Assembly: GCF_009834535.1 (NCBI RefSeq)
Contig: NC_045696.1
Location: 101,928,001-101,992,000, forward strand
DNA from: Camelus ferus
Taxonomy: Eukaryota
DNA: 64,000 bases
Direction: 5' to 3'
Shown here: one piece after another, positions 13,240 through 25,500 of the stretch
How positions within the stretch are numbered: position 1 is the first letter of the stretch
Layout of the letters: each line of letters begins with the position of its first letter
Notes under the pieces: model-generated
What the model was told of the DNA's origin: nothing
Seen by the model: only the letters and a program-made list of their open reading frames with translations
The model's database searches: none
Made by a program: the position numbers and the translations under genes

Positions 13240-13390
13240 ACTCCTACTGGCTGTGTAACCTTGGATATATTAGCAGCCCTCTCTGAGCCTTAAATCCCTC
13301 ACATGTAGAAGGGTTTTTATGAATACTACATTAAACTAAATTAAATTTCCCAGCATATTTTCTGGTACATGTAGATACCAAATTAATATG
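13240..13390 (+). mobile_element. MIR SINE fragment
   Basis: ctactggctgtgtaaccttgg...ctctctgagcctt. Confidence 0.6.
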
Positions 13391-13599
13391 TGTTTTTATT
13401 TCATTTTCTTACTTTCATTGGTAAAGAAGAATATAAAATGATATTCTGAGAAGAAAACACAAAATAGGAGAAATTGAAATACTTTTCTGAATGCAAGAAT
13501 TGGAGAAGTTTCCTGAGCTCCCTTTTCCTCTCAGCTTTCTGTCTTAATGTAAAACAGTATCAGAATTGGACAATGCAATAGTGAATGTATTCCATTCTT

Positions 13600-13900
13600 G
13601 GAATTAACCAGGGGCCACCTATTCAAGTGACTGTAGAGGCCATGCAGGGAACATGAATGAGTGAAATGGGGTGAATGGGACTTGTGGCAAACAGGCAACA
13701 CCCCCAGCCCTAACAGATTGTGGCCACATGGGAAGGAGGGCCCAGTGTGCCAGAACTTAACATTTTTTTCTAGAGAAGCCATGTCTATGATCTTTTATGT
13801 GAAATATACTTCTTAAAATATGTTGACATCAAGCTTAAGATTTAAAAAAAACAATGTATTAGCCAGTCAAAACATTCCATTGGCCTTTAATCCTCTCACT
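13600..13900 (-). mobile_element. MER102-like hAT-Charlie element
   Basis: cccagtgtgccag...ctagagaagcc...tttatgtgaaat...aatatgttgac...aaaaacaatgt...caaaaca matches the reverse complement of the recalled MER102 sequence. Confidence 0.65.
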
Positions 13901-15033
13901 GAGTTGCTTCATTGAGTAAGAGAGGGAAATTAGGTGTCATAATAAGACAACCAAAGAAAGTTTATTCTGCCCAGATGGAATAATCATCATTATTGAAAGG
14001 AAACCAAAGTAATTAAATGGTGACTGAAAAGAAAAAAAAAATAAGAAATTGCGAAGTTTTGAATTTGGGTTGTCTTGTAGCTCTCATGACTCGAGACTAA
14101 ACCTGTGGGGTTGCAAAATTGTAAAGGTAGAACCTGCTAGCAAAGCTTCATGAAATGCTTGCAAGCATCATCTGACAGATTTCAAAACAGTTTGAATATT
14201 AGTCATCACAGATATGCCTGCCAAAAAGGGTAGTATGTTAAAAGAACATCTGCAGCCCACATAAATACCCCTTACTGAGTTAAACTCAGGAAATCAACTT
14301 CAAAAGTTGCAGAAGGCAAAGCAGCTGAAACAGCAGAGTTTTATATTAAGTGGTTGACAGACTTCCTCTGTGGGTGCAACTGTTATTGAGGAGCTAGTTA
14401 GCTCCCAATATATTGCATGTTCGACCTCCAGCTTTTGGTGACAAGATGTTTTGAGGATATATTTGGACTCATCCTACTCAATGAATCACTTACACTGTCT
14501 AAAGTGAATACCAGTTCTGTCAAGTATGGACATACGAGGTGATTATTAAAAAAGCAGCAGAGCTGATGGTAGTATTGTCTTGAACTTTTTCAAAAAGCAT
14601 AAAGATATTAATTCAAACAGAACCAACCTGCCAAATGGAAGATGGTCTGAAGAATCATCACTGTCTGTGCCCTGGGATTCTGGAAACTTCACTGTTGGTG
14701 GCAGACTGTTCCTCAGTGAACCACGTTGTTTTGCCACAGGACAGAGGAGGTTTGTGATCTGTAGCAGATTTCTATGGGTCCTGATCGTGTGGACAGGAGC
14801 TTACAAAGAGAAATCCACGTATGTGGCATTACTGAGGATGGCTGTATGGTTTCTTACTTCAAAGATACGTGTTTAGCTTTCTTTCTTTTTTAACTCATCA
14901 TATAAAAACAGTGCAGCTGCAGAGATGAGGACAAAATTCTTTTTGTCTTATGCTTTCATTTATTCTTGTTCAAAGGAAAGCAATTGATTCAGAGTTTAAA
15001 TACTGCTCTTGTGACTGCCAGTTATATAAAGCC

Positions 15034-15059
15034 AGAGAGAGAGAGAGAGAGAGAAAGAA

Positions 15060-15113
<54 letters not shown>
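15034..15113. repeat. Compound (GA)n microsatellite about 600 bp upstream of the start codon
   Basis: About 80 bp of AG dinucleotides interrupted by aaag and at. Confidence 0.97.
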
Positions 15114-15479
15114 CGAGCCACATACAAAATTATTTCTTGCTTCTCAAAAAAAAAAACAACAAACACAAAAACCTCCTGAAATCATCTTAGGTCAAACCCA
15201 TCACATTGCTAGGCTTTGGTTGGGGAGGGAAAATCTCGCATGTGACTGAGGTTATGATTCAGGAATTGGCTTTTTGAACTTAGAAAATGTGTTGCTAATT
15301 TAAGGTGATCTGTTTTATTATTAATCTGCAATTCACCAATTATGCAGCTTCAGAAGACTTGTTCGAAAAGATTGATCATGACTCAAGATCTCAGAATGAT
15401 TCCTTGCAGGCTTGTCCAATATGAAAGAAATTTCATGGAATGAATCATTTAAAGACAGTAAGAGTAGATGATGAAACCA

Positions 15480-15702
15480 CACTCTGGAATTTGAAAAGAG
15501 ACGGGGCTGCTTTAAGAGAGAAACAGGAAGTTGTAACTAGAAGCCATCTGAATACTAAGCCAAGACAGAATGCTCATGAAGTAGCAACTTAAGTGGCAGT
15601 GTTTATCCCGAAATCCTCAGGCAGCCAGATCGTCTTAGACAAACCTTGATAAAATAGTCCTTATCCAGGTTTTTATCTAAGGAATCCTGAGAAGACAGAA
15701 GA
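15480..15702 (+). promoter_or_regulatory. SLC9A9: SLC9A9 proximal promoter / 5' UTR (CpG-poor, no CpG island)
   Basis: Repeat-free sequence directly 5' of the ATG. Contains ETS core ACAGGAAGT (15523-15531) and GATA motifs (15647-15652, 15660-15665, 15673-15678). The TSS cannot be determined from sequence alone. Confidence 0.7.
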
Positions 15703-15877
15703 ATGGAGAGACAGCGAAGGTTCATGTCAGAGAAGGATGAATATCAGTTTCAACATCAGGGAGCAGTGGAGCTGCTTGTCTTTAATTTTTTGCTCATCCT
15801 TACCATTTTGACAATCTGGTTATTTAAAAATCATCGATTTCGCTTCTTGCATGAAACTGGAGGAGCGATGGTGTACG
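15703..15877 (+). CDS. SLC9A9: SLC9A9 (NHE9) coding exon 1, codons 1-59(phase 1): [59 protein letters not shown]
   Basis: Translation matches the recalled NHE9 N-terminus (human [25 protein letters not shown]...). The ATG is in strong Kozak context (aagaATGG), there is an in-frame upstream TGA at 15688-15690, and the donor G|gtgagt starts at 15878. Length 175 nt. Confidence 0.97.
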
Positions 15878-17964
15878 GTGAGTGAAGAAATTGTAGGATT
15901 GATGTGAAACTTTTTGCTTGGGCGTAATTAGAGACTTGTGCTCAGATGGCAAAGTATCGAAACTGGAGAAAATGTGCTGATTGAAATGTCATTAGCTTGA
16001 TGAAAGGTGCTGCAGCATAATGAATGCTCATCTCTTTACAGATGAGCTGCCGAAATTTGCCTTGTCACAGGAGTAAATGTCACAGTTGTGTTCTCACGCA
16101 GCACATAATGAGAGTCTGTTGACAGATGTGGGTCCATTGTCATGTGAGGAGCCAAACCAGGCTAGCTGTTTGTTTTTGTAATGATAGATATTGGGAAGTG
16201 ATGGCTCTGAGGCACAAAGAGCAGCCTTTTTTCACAGGAGGGGCTGATGAGCATTATAAAGTTCTAGAAGCAGCATCACTTAAACATGTATTGGGTAAAT
16301 CCTCTTAGATCAACTAGTTTTAAGAAGAAAACTTGGAGAAATGCATTCCACCCCTCCTACTGGGATAATTTTGTTCAAATCTGTTTTAATTACATGAACA
16401 TGTTTTATTTTCTTATAATACACAAGAGTTTCTTTATGCAGTACTCTTCATTTCTTAGCCTGATTTCACACTTTCTAATTAATAATAATTGTCATTATTA
16501 GTATTATTTGCTGTGTGTCTTCTTTTTTGGAGGGAGGGACAAGGTGTGGAAATGCACTTAACATTTTAAACTCCCAGTTGCTCTTTCTGTACAATTTACC
16601 ATGCCATGCCTTTCAGAAAGTTTAATAAAATGTGGCAGAGATTATCCAGGCTATACTCTCACCTTTTAAAGTAAGATGGAAGACAGGTTTAAAACTGACC
16701 TGATTGATGAAATAGTTCACTTTACCACTCTTATCTCAGTCTGATAATGGATAGGAACTTTGAACACAGTGGAAAGAGCTGAGGTATTGCTATAATTCAT
16801 AGCAAAGGATAGACTTTTGTATTTCACTTCCCTTATTTTTGGAAGTCCTGAAGCCTTTTATACCCCTGAGGTTCAGGGAAGAGGATCAATGCACATTTTA
16901 TATGCTAACCATATGATGTCCTGATGATAACAATGTACAGTCATGATTTGAGACCATAAGAAATCCTATGCCTTAACTGGATCCCACTGTGAGATACTTG
17001 AGCTAGAAGGCAGAAGTTTCAGGCTAAGCAGTGTAATTTTTGTCAGGAGACTGGCATGCTGATCCATTCAGAGCACAGAGCTAAATTCCTTTGCATGGAG
17101 GGACTTAAAACACACAACAAAACTCTTATTTGAGGGGAGAAACTCATAATCAGTTTAAAGAGAAATAGTCAAAGAGAAGGGAAGTGACACCATCAGATGT
17201 AAAGCCCTAGGCGCCAGTCATTGCCCTTGTCCATCATCAATGGACCAGGCTCTTGCTCCTGACTTGACTAATAACTAATCAAGAGGATATGGGAAGTAAT
17301 TTGAGAAGCCAGAGACAGTGTAATTCTTGGAATTTAATTAAAGGGCTATATATGGTTTAGCAAAACATAGGTTTTAAAATTACAAACTTCTATTAGATGG
17401 AAAGATTTCTTCATAGCCTTGAATTTGATTGAACTATGACTGATTTACCAATTTCAGCTTATTTATGATGGAGATACTGTTTTGTTAAACTTTTGATTAG
17501 GTTTTGGTGACCTATTAAAATTCAGACATACTTTGTGTTCATAAGACATAAATGTAACTTTTACTTTTGAACCTTAAAAATTCCAGATTATCTTTAATAC
17601 TCAAAAACTCCATTAAATACTTTTAAGTTGTGGTTAAAGTCCTAAAATATTAGCACACTGAGCAACAGTTGAGGTAGCATTTCTCTAAATTGCTATGCTT
17701 AAGGCATTTTAGGCTTAAGGTTTATTATGTGTGGGATTAAAGTTCTGTCCTTCTTTCATGGATTTTCTATACGAATGTTATTAAAAGCAAGTTCTGAAAC
17801 AATGTAATATACAAAGGTTATAAAAAATTATGGAGACATGCATATATGTGATGAGTATTTGATTACTAGAATTTTTAGTATCCTTGAGTTATCTTGAACT
17901 GTATAAATCAAGGGAAAGATTTTTATTTTAGTGTTATTTAATTTTTTTGGCATAGAATTATAAT

Positions 17965-18085
17965 TGTTGGAATTAAATGGGATCTTAGAGGTTATTTTTT
18001 CTAGCCCTCTCATTATACAGAGGAAGAAACTAAATCTCAAAGAAGGGGAGTAACTTCCCCTAAACTGAATCGCCACTCATAGCAA
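17965..18085 (-). mobile_element. MIR fragment
   Basis: gggatcttagaggttatttt...ctcattatacagaggaagaaact. Confidence 0.65.
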
Positions 18086-18396
18086 TATCCGTGTGATTTA
18101 CTCATCCCTATGCCTAATAAGGTTCATGTTCATCTTAGAAGAGCTGCCACTGATAGTCTCTGCAAATAGTCCATACGGATGGCATTAGTGACCTCTCATA
18201 TTTCCTCTTAAGGGATGATCTAAATGTTATGTCTAAAATATTTATTAGGGACTTTGTCAGTGATGTAATAAAATAGTCTGAAGCGACAACAGAGAAATAA
18301 GATGGGACAGTCTAATAAACCTTTTTAAATGTAAGAGGAAAGGAAATGCCAAGCGAATGAATTTCCCAATAGCTATAAATGTTGAAATTCTTATAT

Positions 18397-18515
18397 TGGG
18401 AAGGGGTCTTAGAGATCATAAGTCCACCATCTTCATTTTACAGGTGAGGAAATAAAGACTTAGAGATGTGAGGTCATGTAATTAGTTAGCTGCTGAGCCG
18501 GGATTCAACTTTTAT
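18397..18515 (-). mobile_element. MIR fragment
   Basis: ggaaggggtcttagagatcat...cttcattttacaggtgaggaaat. Confidence 0.7.
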
Positions 18516-21459
18516 CTCTACTAAGAGGTGCTGAATATATTTTAAAATAAATAAATTCTTTCAGTGATTGTCCTGCAGAGAGGATGTATCTGTGAGATCC
18601 AGATGCATCCTCATATTGTTTTTGCTTTCAAGATAAGTCAGATAGATTCTATTTTCCAGGAAGTCCAAAAGAGTGAAATTTCAGAGAAAGACCATATAAA
18701 CCCCTTCCTTATCAGAGGATGGAACCTATGCTTCTGTGAGAGTCCTGCCATGGGCATGATGATAATAAATGGAGAAGAAAAGAAACAAAACTGTGGTTCA
18801 AATTTGAGCTTTTAAAAGGTTTTTTGTTTGTTTGTTTGTTTTAAAGGGGATGACCATTGAAGAGTAAACTGCACCTCAGTCATCTCCATCTTACAGATAG
18901 ATACACTTGTAATGAAATATCTTCTAAGATTTCTTGGTCCTGTATATAATACTTATCGATGAATTTGGCTAACAGTCCCCCTACTGAACTATTGCTCTTA
19001 CTCTCATAAACTATTTGCATAATGTGTCATTTTCCTCTGTGTCAAGAATCATAAATATTTTTCTTAGGCACCAGATTTTGTGTAATCCCTCAGCCCGGCC
19101 TGCTATCTGCCTTTCTGTTCATATTCCATTGGCATGTGTCAGTTATCCTTTAGAAGACACAATAGATGTTGATGCATTTTATCAGTATACCAGGAAATCC
19201 AATTTGAAAATTCCAGGGAGCAGGGGCTTAGGAAATGAGCAATTAAAGAAAAGTTAGGGGAAAAGTGATAAAACAGAACATTTAACTACTCTTTTACAGT
19301 TATTATTAGAAACAATTTCCAAGTTGTTAACCTTAAAATATCCTATGAAGGGTTGTAGAGGTGAAGAAAAATCATGTGTGGTATTTGGTTTGACTCTGTG
19401 TTTACTGGAGATAAATCTGATACTCCAAAAATACAAATAATCCATTATATGAAAAGTAGCTTCTTTTTTGGTATCAAGAGTCCTAGGATACTTGCAAAAA
19501 TTAGTGGCAGCATTTTAACAATATTTCTGCTTCACCAGGAATAGCAATTTGTAATTGTGTCTCATGACATCCTATAGCTCTTATTATTTCAAAATCAAAG
19601 GATTAGAATCCATAACTGGTTTAAAATACAACCCATAGTAATGTTCATTTAAATTGGACTAAAAGCTTTAAAGACTATTAATGGTCAAAATATTGATTGA
19701 CAGCAGATGGTGCACTTTGCACTGCTCACTTAGGGCAACGTATCCCTTACTCATTGTTCATAAAAGAAAAATTGCTCCTTGTTCCCTGATAGCATTAACA
19801 ATTCCATTACTCCTCACTGAGGGCTACCTTACTTTATAGGACATTTATAATGCCATGCATTTGAGAGTTGGGATCTGAGCTTAGGGACAGAATAATTTAA
19901 ACCTCTTAGAATTCTACTTTTGATTTCGTAGCCTTACAATATAAAGGACAGTCTCTAAATACACATGGAAATCTCACTCACTATTTAGTGGGCTGAAGGG
20001 AAATTTCAAGCCACAGAGTTTAGATTTTGAATTCATTAAACTATATTATATTAAACTGTTAAACTATGTCTGATCCTCTAATAACATACTTAGAAGTTTA
20101 ATAGGGCCAATTGAGTTCACTCAACAGCGTATTTTTCAAGATTTAAAGAAAACATAGTTACATAGTCGATCACCAAGGTTTTAAAAGCTATCTCTCTTGA
20201 AAAATCATAAGACATTAATTTTATCCTAGCACTGCTTGGAGGTTCCTCAGGATAAACTTGGGTTGTTGGACATGGTGTGGCTCTTCCCTACTGATCCATT
20301 TTACTCTGCTCTAGTCCAGCCGCTTGACTGCCAGGCCAATAGGAGATGTTGACTGCTACTTCACACCCTTCTCCCTGCCTGGAAGGCCCTTCTGAGGCTT
20401 TTTATTTATTCAAATGTGGCATGCTTTATGGAGAAAGCATTGGATTGGTTTTTAAATCCTTATGACTTCCCTTTTTTTTTTCCCCAGTCGCTAAATGCAT
20501 GACTTTGGGCAAATGACTTAACCTCTAGCCTTACTTTTTTCATCTAAAATGAGGAAGAAATGAAATATGTATCAATAACCTTCCTTCCAGCTACAAAAGC
20601 CCTTCAAAATTCAGGTCAAGACTGACTTTAGTAACCAGGCATCTCTCAGCCACTCGAACCCAAACCAATAGTTTTCTTCCCAGAACCCTACCAGCCTTAA
20701 ATGACATCTAAGTCTTTCTCCCAGATGGGATCTTGGTTAGTGTTATTTTATGATTCTTAGTTCTTCCAGTCCTGCTCTGATTGTGTATTGAGTGCTAAGT
20801 AAATGCTGTTGAATTCCTGTTAGAAAGACAAGGAGAGAAAGTTATACCATCAGAACAGTGAGGGCTGACTATGAATTTGGGGGTTTGTGGATGCATATCA
20901 TATGAAGATCAGAGTGGCTCTGGTTTAATTTGAAGAGATCTGTAGGAAAGGTAATTAAGGTTAAGAGCCTAATGAACTAAACTTGTTTTCCTTTTCAGTG
21001 AAAAAAGATTGATTTTCAGATATCATGGCAAGGTTTTCCATGCTATAAAGTGTTAGCCAAAGAAAGGTTGAAAAGTGGGAAAATTGAAGGTATATTGCTC
21101 TATGTAAGTTTTTAAAAGTTAATTTTAAGAGAGTAATCTGCTATATATTCTGCTGTGCTTTGAATCCCTAAGGAGCTATAGAGGAAGATCTTAGAGCAAA
21201 CCACTGTGTTGCCTCAAAGGATCCCCTCTCAGGTCTTAAAGGCTAATGAGCATGCACATCAAGAAAATGAATTATGATTTAAACTATTTATTTAGATATT
21301 ATATATAGTCTAACTTGAATTAAAATTACATGACTAGGCACGTGGGGACATGACGAACTAACATTTCTTAATCATTTATTATATCAAAATAACATAATAA
21401 AAAGGAATTTAAGAAATAACTAATAAAAATCACTAACACAAATAGCATTTACAGTGTGA

Positions 21460-22035
21460 ACTTTGCTGTCATAAGTACTTTACATATATTAGCTCATTTA
21501 ATCCTCACAACAACGATTTTTTTTTAGATGGAAAAACTGAGAAATTAAAAATAAAGTAACTTGCTTAATGTCACAGATCTACTAGATGTCACAGCTGGAC
21601 TCAGACCTTGGCAAGTTTGGCTCCATGAGGTCACTGCGTATCACAGACAAGGGTGTGTTTGTGTGTGCATGTGTGTGTTACAATGGGGGAGGTATTATCA
21701 TTTTTATGTTACAGATAATCAAAGCAACACTCAGAGACATAAAGTGACTTGCTGGGCTGACCTTCAAACCAAGGACCATAAAACTCATGTTCTTTCACCT
21801 ATATCCCACATTTAGCCCTGGAAGAATTGCTGTTATTTACTAAATGTCTACTCTGTGCCAGGTGATAGTATCTCAGAAAGTTTATAGAAGAAAGATAGAG
21901 ATTCAGAGATCTCACTACATACTAACCTTCATTGCGAATCACCATATCCATGGAAAATAGGCATGAGGATCTTCAGTTTGTATATAAGGAAACAGAAACT
22001 CAAAAATTTACAACTTTGGCCAAGGCTGCACACAA
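21460..22035 (-). mobile_element. Cluster of 2-3 MIR fragments
   Basis: agctcatttaatcctcacaac...gatggaaaaactgag...aagtaacttgcttaatgtcacag, followed by two further core-like copies. Confidence 0.65.
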
Positions 22036-22641
22036 TAATTGTCAAGAACAGCATTTTTGAAAGTTAATGCTCTCAGATTTTGGCCACAATGGTCCTCTCA
22101 TTAAAGTCTGCTGTTGGTATGTAACTCTCCCATGAAGTCAGGAGTGGGGAGACCTTGGGGAAGGGAGGTGAGGTAGTTAAGTTTTCTATTTACCTTGGAG
22201 CTTCAGAAATGTTATACTGTCTATAGTAAAAAGCCCAGAATGGGAAAGACAGTGGGAGCAATATGTGAAAGTACATACATGCCAAGCAGCTGGGTTGAAA
22301 TTTCCCACGGAGTGTGATGAGGCTGACCCGGAAACACCTGCCCCAGCATCAGGGAAGGTGATGTTGCAAGTCTGTGGCCATTCTGGTTTTAAATGCCTGT
22401 GGTTGTCAGAATGGGTGGGGAAGTTACTGTAAATCATGTGGAACATGCAAAATAGTCTTTCATCGTATGTTAGTTTAATGGAATTGAATTTTTGGAAGAG
22501 ACTGAAAATAAAAGCATTAATTATGCTCTGGGCTCTCCAAGCTCAATAAATCCTGTGTGCATGAGCCTGAGATGGCATGGATTTTGACAGTTCTATGACT
22601 GTGGTGGCACTCATATTGGTAGGAACCTTTGTTTTCCAGGG

Positions 22642-22827
22642 CAGTGCTTCTCACAGTGAAGTCCCAGGACCAGCAATACCAGTATCACCTGAAAACTTGT
22701 TGGAAATGCAAAGATGTAGGGCCCAACCCAGACCTACTAAGTCAGAAACTTGGGGTGGAGTCCAACAAAGCAGTGATTTAACAAACCTTCCAGAGGGTTC
22801 TGATGCACTAAAGTAGGAGAACTACTT
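22642..22827 (-). mobile_element. MER5A hAT-Charlie MITE
   Basis: cagtgcttctca...ggaccagca...atcacctgaaaacttgttggaaatgca...agacctactaagtcagaaact...tctgatgcactaaagtaggagaactact. Confidence 0.85.
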
Positions 22828-24585
22828 CACCAGGAAAATGAAACTGAACATGCAGTTCCTAGTTTTGTCTCCTTTGTTTTCTTCTATCTTTTTTCTTTCT
22901 CACTCCATTACCCTCCTGTGATGAAGAAGGAGTTTGGAAGACAACCTTCATGTATTGGAGAGGCCCTTCCTCTTTCACTATCTATAGTACTTTGTGACAT
23001 TTCCACCTCTGGTCTGAGGAAAAAAAAGTCTGCTTTGTGTAAATATTATAAAGTAAGAATCATTTCGTTTTAGTCAGTATGTTTCTAGTCAGATATCTCT
23101 ATCTCTATATTTCTTCTGTAAGCTTCCTAAGGGTATTAGCTAAATATAAGCTGGTGGCTGAAATAGTTTCTAGAGAAAAGTTTCCTATAGTGCTGTGTTA
23201 AGAATCCCAGAGTGCTGTGAAATGTGTGTGTTGCGTGTTTGTGTATATAGTGTGCATGCATGTGTTGTCTGGGATGCCCCAAGGATAGGAGTCCACATTG
23301 GACAACCTACCATAGTGGACAATCTCATGGTTGAGACTCTTTGTTATTTCCCATGACTCTAACCTGTCCAAAGATAGAACTTTGGATGAGGCATCCCAAG
23401 GTGGACCAGCTTCATGGACCACTTTCCACCTTGGAATATCATGGGATACTCTTGCTGGCAGATGCTCCAGAGCAGTTCTGAAATCCTTATGAGACACTTT
23501 TCTTCAAACCAAGTTGATAGCACAAAGCAATAAAATGTGTCCCTTTTAGCAACACTCACACATTCCTTTAGTTCTTTGAATTTGGAAGGTTGTGGGAGGG
23601 CAGAGAAAAAACAAAAGCCCTAAATAACCAGAAGGCATTGTATATTTTTACTTTGTGTTCTATAGCTGACTAATCTCAGTGTAAAACTAAACTGCTAAAG
23701 GAAAATGTTAGGGAATGCATGTAACATTTGAAACTCAAACCCATGTCATCTCTCTAAATCAGTGTTCTGACAAACGCTTTGGTAAGATGGTGGAGGTGGA
23801 TTAATATCATGTAAACAGTTAAAAATTGTGGAGTTGCCACTTCATCTCTAATATTTGTGAATACTATCTTACAGACAGTTAAATGGTGTCCACTGGTTTG
23901 GCTTCCTTCCAATATTTAATTACACTCTTTCCTTCTTTTTTTCCACACCTGAATCCCTAGTTCATGTTTTTCGAATCTGAGCAACTGAAATTACATTTTA
24001 GATTCCTTGCCTTACAGAGTCTCCCACTGTAAAAAGTCTTAAAAGTGGTCAAGGATACGCTTCCTTGGGCTTTATTTTATTCCTGTTATCTTGAAATTCC
24101 TTGACTCAAGTTCCTCTGCTAAATTCTTTTTTTCACATAAATATAAACTAATTCTGATGTTAACTTCCTTTCCATGTTCCCACTCTATCTCAGTTCTCTC
24201 TTTAGATAATTGTCTCCAAACAGTTTCCTCTGCTCCAAGACAGAGCAAATCTACCTCCCCAAAGGAGCTCACTTTGTTCTTCTTCAAGATCTTGGCAACC
24301 ATCTCCTCCTCTTGAACATGCTCTGTTTCTCAGCTGCTCTGGGGCCCTTGCCCCAGCTGCTCTAGTGGGCCATCCCAAACTGCCTGAAGCGCCTGATTAG
24401 CCCTGTACTCATTGATTTCCATGTGCTTCTCCCTAGAAAATCCACACCCTCTTCTCTACCTTGCAAATCCTATGCATCCTTAAGAACCTCCTCTGTGAAG
24501 CCTTCCCTAACACTTTAGGGGTGGAGTTAATTAACCTCTTCTTTAAGATTCCTTGGGGCTTTGTACATTTACTTGTTAAAAAAAA

Positions 24586-25143
24586 TGTATCTATTAGGAC
24601 ATATTCAGATACTAGTCACAGAAACCCTGACTCAAACAGATTTAAGCAATATGGACATTTATAATCTCCCATAACTAGAAGTCTAGAGAAAGGCAGTTTT
24701 CAGGGCTGGCTGACTGGCAGTCTACTATTGTCATCAAGGACCCAGGTCCTTTCCTTTGCTCTGCTCTGCCATTCCCAGTCCTGACTTCAACATCAGGCTA
24801 GGAGCCAGGTGGGTATGGTGGTTCCTGGTGTCCTAACCAGGCCCAGGAATAGCCTGAGGAAGAAGAGAGCTCATCTGGTCTCCCCCTCTTCTCTTAGGAT
24901 GTCAAAACTTCTAAGAGACCTCTGAGCAAGCTTCCCTTCACATTTTATTGTAAACTGGAATAGATTCACATGCCTTCTAGTACCAATCATCAGCAAGGGG
25001 AATGGAAACATCCTTGGAACTGAGAGAGAGAGCAACTTACCCTGAGCATGTGTGGGGAGGGGTGGTTAGCAGAATGAATCAGGGCTTTGTTGCGGGGAAA
25101 GGGGAGGATGGATGCTGGATTGGCAATTAACAGTTCTGGTGCC
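24586..25143 (-). mobile_element. MaLR LTR (MLT1J/K-like)
   Basis: Starts tgtatctattagg...acagaaaccctgactcaaacag; contains gtcatcaaggacccagg; ends ggcaattaacagttctg. Confidence 0.75.
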
Positions 25144-25384
25144 CTTATCAAGGTGAAATATAAGATTACATATTATAAGGATTTATCTTCTTTTTTAAAG
25201 TAAGGGACAATATCTCATTTCTGTAGCTTATTCTTGGTGGCCCCTTAGTGCATAGAGAGTGAAAAAACTACAGAATTCTGTTGTTCTACAGTCTTCATAT
25301 ATTAACTACATTTTCTTTAGGCTTCTAAATTCTCTCCGATACCATGCGGCATTTAAATATATATATGTGTAATAGTCTGTTCAG

Positions 25385-25500
25385 ATGCATGTGTATAGTT
25401 GGGCTTGTTGCATTGCACAACTCCTGGGGAACACCAGTCCGACAGAAAAAGAGCCTGAAGGGAGCCTGCTGGAGTGGGCCATGCAGTGTGGCAGTGTGTG
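25385..25500. mobile_element. MER91-like hAT-Tip100 palindromic MITE (degenerate)
   Basis: ttgttgcattgcacaactcctgggga...tgaagggagcctgctggagt resembles the two inverted arms of MER91. Confidence 0.55.
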
